A stretch of DNA of 64,000 bases, from contig JANHCV010000007.1 in the NCBI GenBank assembly GCA_025594325.1, positions 1 through 64,000 of the forward strand, written 5' to 3'. The stretch is from Blastocladiella emersonii ATCC 22665. Lineage: Eukaryota; Fungi; Blastocladiomycota. Made by a program: the position numbers and the translations under genes. Below are positions 61,385 through 64,000 of this stretch, in pieces; position 1 is the first letter of the stretch; every line of letters starts with the position of its first letter. The notes beneath the pieces are model-generated. The model had not been told where the DNA came from and searched no databases. It saw only the letters and a program-made list of their open reading frames with translations.

Positions 61385-62467
61385 TCAGCTGGCCGTGTCC
61401 ATCGAGGCGAGCAGCAGCAGCAGCGCGAAATCCGTACCGAGGCCTGGATCTCGGTGTGGTGCGGCGGGTCGCGACTCTTGAAGGAGCTGGTACTGGTGGT
61501 ACTGCCGGTACTGGTAGTCCTGGAGGTGTGCGAACCCGGGTACGCGTGGCGCGAGGAAGTCGAGGCCGGGGCGTGAGCTGCGAGACGATCTCTCGCGGTC
61601 GCGGCTGTCAGTCGACCTGGCCGTGAGCGTGAGCGTGTAGGTACCGCCGTAGTTGAGCGTGGCGGCGAAAATCGTCGATCTAGTCGGCGCGCATGGGGCT
61701 GGATGACGGGCGCGCGCGAGATCGACGACAATCTTCCCACTGGCCCGGCATCGGTGCATGTGAACGTATGGCGTTCGGGGCCACTCCGAGAGCTTTGGCG
61801 GCGTCCACGGATCCGCCGCTCTCGCCCGACCCACCAAAAAGTACGGAGGTATGGGGGGTCGAGGCCATGGGAGCGAGTGGGCAATGCACCGATGCCGTCC
61901 GTACCAGTGGGTCGTGGACGTTGTTGAGTTTGGCCGAGTGCTCGCCGTCGTACCCTTGCAGGATGGCCGGGACGACTTGAGCTGCTGACCTGGGGCACCG
62001 AGTCGCGGACGGCGGGGGGCCATGCCATACGTGTACGAGATGCGCTCGGTGCGGGCGCTACGACGACTCGATCGGGACGAGCGCGATCTTGGTCTGCGTC
62101 CGATGGTGGCGATGGCGCGCGAGTCGTTCGTGTAGTAGCGGGTTGCGGCCGTGCAGAGCGAGAAGGCCGGCGTCGAGTGACGGGCGGTCGTTGCTCGGGG
62201 CCGAGGCCGAGTAATCGACGTGGAGCTGGCGTCGATGGCCGATGGTCGCCGCCGCGGGCGCGTGCCTGCGAGCGAGCCGAGCAGGTGCGCGGGACTATGG
62301 CGAGCGGTGGTGCGAGGACACGCCGGGTAGTAGATGTCGCGCGAGCTGGGCCGATCCGGGTCTCGGTGTCGGCGGGCGCGGCGCGGGACCGGTACCGACA
62401 TGGCGCGACTCGAGGTCGCAGTGGCCGTGGCCGAGAAGGGCGCGCACGCTGGAGGGCGCGCGTACAC
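61385..62467 (-). CDS. Possible low-complexity hypothetical protein
   Basis: 360-aa Arg/Ser/Thr-rich ORF with a short internal repeat (TTARHS). No domain recognised. Confidence 0.2.
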   Translation of the reverse strand: MYARPPACAPFSATATATSSRAMSVPVPRRARRHRDPDRPSSRDIYYPACPRTTARHSPAHLLGSLAGTRPRRRPSAIDASSTSITRPRPRATTARHSTPAFSLCTAATRYYTNDSRAIATIGRRPRSRSSRSSRRSARTERISYTYGMAPRRPRLGAPGQQLKSSRPSCKGTTASTRPNSTTSTTHWYGRHRCIAHSLPWPRPPIPPYFLVGRARAADPWTPPKLSEWPRTPYVHMHRCRASGKIVVDLARARHPAPCAPTRSTIFAATLNYGGTYTLTLTARSTDSRDRERSSRSSRPGLDFLAPRVPGFAHLQDYQYRQYHQYQLLQESRPAAPHRDPGLGTDFALLLLLASMDTAS

Positions 62468-62576
62468 CAGGTCGAAGCTTTTTTTTTTTTCGTGGGTTTC
62501 GTTGGGGTTTTCGGTGACGAGAAAGCAAGACGGAAAGCAAAAGTAAATGGCGGGGAAGGGAGGAGGCGAGCGCTAC

Positions 62577-64000
62577 CTAATCCCAGTCATCACGATCAGA
62601 GATGATGAAGAGCGTGATCTGGAAATGCTCGGGCACGACGTCGTGGAAGAACACAGGGAATGTCTCGTGTTTGATGATGGGGCAGGCCGTGTAGAGCGGA
62701 CTCGCCGACGACCAGACCATTGGCGGGGACTCGCGGTGCGACGGGACGTACCATACGTTGTCGGCGGGAACAAGAACCCCCTCCGCGTCCAGGTCGCACA
62801 TGTCGTACGCGCCGCACCGGCAGTGGTCCTCCGCCTGGAAGCAGATGCACTCGTCCCAGTCCGGGAGCGGGGGCAAGATCATCTGCAACCAGTTGAACAG
62901 GTCCGTGAGCCCGATGGGCTTGACCTCGGCCGCGGCCTTGCCCGTCACCAGCTCGGCGCGGCGCTCCTTGACCGCCCCCAAACGCGAGGCCCCAATGGCA
63001 GCGAGGCGGGCACGCAGCGAGGAGGCGGTCGAGGTCTTGCCCTTGACCGCGTCGTGCTTCGCGACGCAGTTGAACAGGTCCGTGGGCTCAATGTGCTTGA
63101 CCTTGGCCATGCCCTGCTCGGAGTGGGGTTGATTACCTGCCGCCAATCTCCGGGCATTAATCGCAGCGAGGCGGGCGCGCAGGTAGGCAATGTGGGCCTT
63201 GCCTTTGAGCATGTCGTAACCCTTGGCCTGCGGGATCCGCGCCTCGGGCTGCAGGCCGACGTCGCCCGTGATCTCGGCGCGCAGTTTGGGCTCGAGGCCC
63301 GTGAAGGAAGGAACGTCGGGGGCGAGCACGCAGCGGCGGGTACGGTCGGCGAGGACCTGGGCCGCCTCCCGGTCGACTTGGAACCCGGCGGCGCACGCGA
63401 GGATGATGGCCGCCGCCACGTAGCGCTGCCGTTGCCGCTGCTGCTGCTGCCGCTGGACGAGCATGGAGGCGAAGCACGCGACCATAGCGTGGATCAGCTG
63501 GGTGTCGGAGATCTTGGGCGCGGCCGGCAGGTAGACCGTGTTGAAGCGCACGGGGTACGAGAGGCGGTGGTGCTTGGTGGCTGGGCGGGAAGAAGTCGGC
63601 GCACGGGCCGCCTTGACCGCGAGCCGCTCAAAATCGAGCATGGCGCCGGCGAGCGCCGGATAGCGGCTGCCGATCCAGGGAAAGAAGGTGGTGATGGTCA
63701 TGACCTGGCCCGCCATGTGCCCGTCGATCTTAATGTTGATGATACCCCGGTTGAGCAGCCTAACGCACGCGTGTACAGATCGAGGTTAGTGGTCTTGGCT
63801 CTCCCGGCACGAGTCGAGTGGGAAGGCGCAGAACGTACAGCACGCGGGTCCACTTGACCTCCTGGCCGGCCTTGGGCGTGATCTCCTCAATGTCGAGCTC
63901 GACGGCGCTGTCGGTGCGCGACGCGTTGACCGAGAGCGCGGACTGGAGCCGGCGAATGTGCTGGCTCGTGGAGCCGACGTGGAGCAGATCCTGGGGAACG
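62577..64000 (-). CDS. 3' part of a hypothetical protein with an internal duplication and a Cys/His-rich C-terminus; runs off the window
   Basis: Intron 63760-63838 (GTACGT..CTAAC..TAG) links an open frame from the window edge (..VKWTRVL) to LLNRGIINIKIDGH-MAGQV.. of the 379-aa ORF. Confidence 0.7.

Noticed and set aside
62547-63857. 436-aa plus-strand ORF
   Set aside because: Antisense to the spliced minus-strand gene, which has intron and internal-repeat support.

Overview
Eukaryotic DNA. Short GT-AG introns with GTACGT/GTGAG donors and CTRAC branch sites, plus a motile-flagellum gene (CFAP61), suggest a zoosporic fungus; this is inference, not a database match. The window has three zones. 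(1) 1-32677 is a non-coding higher-order tandem array of 11 full units plus one truncated unit (3049, 2635 or 2627 bp), near-identical to each other. Each unit combines a block of diverged AT-rich 138-bp monomers with a GC-rich segment that carries a (CCAAGTGA)n microsatellite and a (GGGT)n G-quadruplex motif. (2) 32678-36686 is a 5'-truncated non-LTR retrotransposon (RT, RNase H, C-terminal Cys/His motifs; ORF intact). Its 3' end forms the array boundary and its 5' break sits on the polyadenylation region of a TALE homeobox gene, with a 27/30-nt direct repeat at both ends. (3) 36756-64000 is a compact gene region: TALE homeobox, APC11, DBP6/DDX51, CFAP61, an orphan 7-TM protein, GPN3, an MCM10-like gene, a PSR1/CTDSP phosphatase and several orphan ORFs in a more GC-rich right end. 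The best candidate for an undescribed system is the satellite-LINE-homeobox junction, possibly a centromere/pericentromere or subtelomere boundary with a conserved dyad/TGACA motif in the monomers. Its function cannot be established from sequence alone, and the left end of the array is outside the window.
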